64,000 nt of DNA from positions 1 through 64,000 of IMG/VR virus record IMGVR_UViG_3300042396_000691, one strand, 5' to 3'. Shown piece by piece: positions 61,542 to 64,000 of this stretch (its first letter is position 1; every line of letters starts with the position of its first letter). The notes under the pieces are model-generated. The model was given only the letters and a program-made list of their open reading frames with translations. It did not search any database and had not been told where the DNA came from. The DNA comes from a virus. Taxonomy: Duplodnaviria > Caudoviricetes. The position numbers and the translations under genes were made by a program.

Positions 61542-63041
61542 ATGCAAAAAAGAAAAGTCCTTCTTGTTAGTGAAGCCTCTTATCTTAATTCTGGATATTC
61601 CAATTATGGTTTCCAGATAATGAAGAGGCTTTATGACACTAAGGACTTTGATCTTGCTGAAATAAGTTGTCATGGAAGCGACAGTAGATCAGATGAAATA
61701 CCTTGGAAAAGTTATGTTGTTCCAAAAAAGTCAAACATCTTTGGCGAAGATATATTAAATGATGTTTTAATAGATTTTAAACCAGATATAGTTTGGTCAT
61801 TTAGAGATCCTTGGGTAGATGAATTTATTGGCGATTCTGTATTAAGAAACAACTTTAAATGGGTCTACATGCCAACTGTTGATGCTTTGCCATTAGATGT
61901 TGATTGGGTTGATACTATAAGCAGAGCAGATCATGTTTTAACATACTCTGATTGGGCAGCAGAAGAACTTGCAAGTCTATATCCTAGTATAAACATTTTA
62001 GGTTCAGCATCTCCAGGATTTGACACCAACTTTAAACCTGTTGAAGATAAAATTAAATTTAAGAAACAACATGGAATAAATGAAGAATCATTAATTATTG
62101 GCTCTGTAATGAGGAACCAAAAAAGAAAACTTATTCCAGATCTTCTTGATGCATTTTCTGAGTTTTTAGATAAAGCACCAAAAGAAATTTCTGAAAAATG
62201 TTTTTTGTATCTTCATACAACTTATCCAGATGTTGGTTGGAATATACCTAGACTTATTGCAGAAAGACCAAAAATATCCAACAAGGTTCTTTTTTCTTAT
62301 AACTGCAACAACTGTTTTAAACTTTCAATCTCTTCTTTTTGTGGTGCGATTATACAATGTAATAATTGTAAACAGGTCAATTGTACATTTCCTAGAGTGT
62401 CAAAAGGCTCAAAAAGAGATGATATGGTTATGGTGTATAACCTTATGGATCTATATGTGCAATACTCTTGTGCAGAAGGTTTTGGTATGCCACTAGTTGA
62501 AGCAGCATCATGCGGTGTACCAGTTTGTGCTGTAGACTATAGTGCAATGACTGATATAGTTAAAAAACTAGAAGGTTATCCAATAAAAGTCCAAAGATAT
62601 ACATATGAGGTTGAAACAAATAGAAAGTTTGCTTTGCCAGACAATTCTAGTTTTAGTGATATTTGCATCGACTTTTTCAAAAAGCCATATCCTATAAGGA
62701 AAGCAATATCTAAAAAAACAAGAGATTTAGTTGTTAAAAATTATACATACGAAAAAACATTCGACAAAATTAAAAACATTTTCTATTCAATAGAACAAGA
62801 AAACAAATGGGATTTTCCTCCAAAGTTTGTTGAAATGCCAAAAGATTTTAAAGATTGCAACTCTAACAACGAGATCATTGAAAAGATTTTTAAAAAAATT
62901 CCAATAAATTTGGGTCATATTAAACAAAAGTGTTTATTTAAATTAAACAACAGAATGCATGATAAACAAAAGGTTTTAAAAGAACTTTCTTCAATATTTG
63001 ATTCTTATAACCATTATGAGTCTTTAAGGGTAAAAAAATGA
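61542..63041 (+). CDS. GT4 glycosyltransferase with inserted CxxC...CxxC Zn ribbon
   Basis: SGYS, RNQKRK, CNNC...CNNC, EGFGMPLVEAASCGVP. Confidence 0.88.
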   Translation: MQKRKVLLVSEASYLNSGYSNYGFQIMKRLYDTKDFDLAEISCHGSDSRSDEIPWKSYVVPKKSNIFGEDILNDVLIDFKPDIVWSFRDPWVDEFIGDSVLRNNFKWVYMPTVDALPLDVDWVDTISRADHVLTYSDWAAEELASLYPSINILGSASPGFDTNFKPVEDKIKFKKQHGINEESLIIGSVMRNQKRKLIPDLLDAFSEFLDKAPKEISEKCFLYLHTTYPDVGWNIPRLIAERPKISNKVLFSYNCNNCFKLSISSFCGAIIQCNNCKQVNCTFPRVSKGSKRDDMVMVYNLMDLYVQYSCAEGFGMPLVEAASCGVPVCAVDYSAMTDIVKKLEGYPIKVQRYTYEVETNRKFALPDNSSFSDICIDFFKKPYPIRKAISKKTRDLVVKNYTYEKTFDKIKNIFYSIEQENKWDFPPKFVEMPKDFKDCNSNNEIIEKIFKKIPINLGHIKQKCLFKLNNRMHDKQKVLKELSSIFDSYNHYESLRVKK

Positions 63042-64000
63042 AGGTTCTTTATATAGGCGTTTATCGTGATGGAACAGGTTATGGTCAAGCAGCAGAAGAT
63101 TATATTCTTTCTTTAAATTCTGTTGGTGTTGATGTTGTTTGTAGACCTTTAAAACTTAATAATTTAGATTATGTTCCTAATCCAATAGTGGCTAAGCTTG
63201 AATCTAAAAGTTCAAAAAATTGTGACATTGTTATTCAACATATGTTGCCAATTCATATGCAGTACAATGGGGATTTTGACTACAACATTGGTCTTTTTGC
63301 TTATGAAACCAGCAACTTTAAAATGTCTGGATGGAAAAATTATTTAAACTTAATGGATGCTAATGTTGTAATAAATAAACAAATGATTGATTCTTGTTTG
63401 AGCAGTGGAGTAAATACGCCATTACATGTAGTTCCTCACGCTAGAGATTTTTCTAGATACATTGAAAAATATGAAAAACTTGAAACCATAACATCACAAG
63501 TTTCAGATTCTGACTTTATATTTTATACAATAGGTGAAACAACAAAGAGAAAAAACTTTTCTGCATTGTTAAAGGCTTATTTTACAGAGTTTTCTGAATC
63601 TGAGCCTGTTTGCCTATTGGTTAAAACCAATAATTCAACTTATGAATTTTATGATTATTGTGGAAAAATACTTGATGGCCTTTGTATAAAAAATCCACCA
63701 AAAGTTGTTACTATTACAGAAAGAATGTCAAACGAAGACATAAATAGACTTCATTATACATGTAATGCTTTTGTGCAACCGTCTTATGGTGAAGCTTGGG
63801 GTATACCAGCTTTTGATGCAATGGCTTTTGGTAAAACTCCAATTGTCACTAATTGCACTGGATATCTTGAATATATAGATGAATCTGTTGGTTGGTTAGT
63901 TAATGGTTTTGAGGAACCAGTATTTGCTGCTGATAAACAAACAGATGATATATATACATCTGGTGAAAATTGGTTTTCAGTAGATATACTGGATTTAAAG
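63038..64000 (+). CDS. GT4 glycosyltransferase (partial, runs off the window end; not in the ORF track)
   Basis: MKVLYIGVYRDGTGYG...YET...KRKNF...PSYGEAWGIPAFDAMAFG. Confidence 0.85.
   Translation, partial: MKVLYIGVYRDGTGYGQAAEDYILSLNSVGVDVVCRPLKLNNLDYVPNPIVAKLESKSSKNCDIVIQHMLPIHMQYNGDFDYNIGLFAYETSNFKMSGWKNYLNLMDANVVINKQMIDSCLSSGVNTPLHVVPHARDFSRYIEKYEKLETITSQVSDSDFIFYTIGETTKRKNFSALLKAYFTEFSESEPVCLLVKTNNSTYEFYDYCGKILDGLCIKNPPKVVTITERMSNEDINRLHYTCNAFVQPSYGEAWGIPAFDAMAFGKTPIVTNCTGYLEYIDESVGWLVNGFEEPVFAADKQTDDIYTSGENWFSVDILDLK

Noticed and set aside
1-64000. Alternative genetic code or stop-codon reassignment
   Set aside because: Long conserved genes are intact in code 11, and TAA, TAG and TGA all occur at natural gene ends.

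Overview
AT-rich, gene-dense segment of a large dsDNA bacteriophage genome, almost entirely on the + strand, with genes intact in standard code 11. Planctomycetota is the inferred host group, based on a Tat-exported DUF1501 protein, a papain-like peptidase and small secreted proteins; this is an inference. Region 1-11 kb is an array of short hypothetical genes with strong AAGGAG RBSs and one tRNA(CAU), punctuated by a repeated promoter-like motif, TAAAT with CGAATA 16-17 nt after TAAA (12 copies up to 25.6 kb). Region 11-48 kb is accessory and metabolic. It holds a C5 DNA methyltransferase with a nested out-of-frame gene next to a CmoA-like protein, a tail-tube-like gene, csrA with DUF1501, two 2OG-Fe(II) oxygenases, about 10 glycosyltransferase-like genes across the window, a sulfotransferase, a cytidylyltransferase, def, thyX, nrdJ and a structured ~300-nt non-coding region. 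Region 48.5-61.5 kb is the replication module: intein-containing RecA, DnaB, primase, dNMP kinase, nuclease, Nudix, a DnaE split into two intein-less genes around a DnaQ-like exonuclease, and SSB. The most promising novel system is the nested-gene C5-MTase with altered motif X coupled to a CmoA-like enzyme, which may install a non-methyl cytosine modification. All family assignments come from motif recognition by eye, without database searches.
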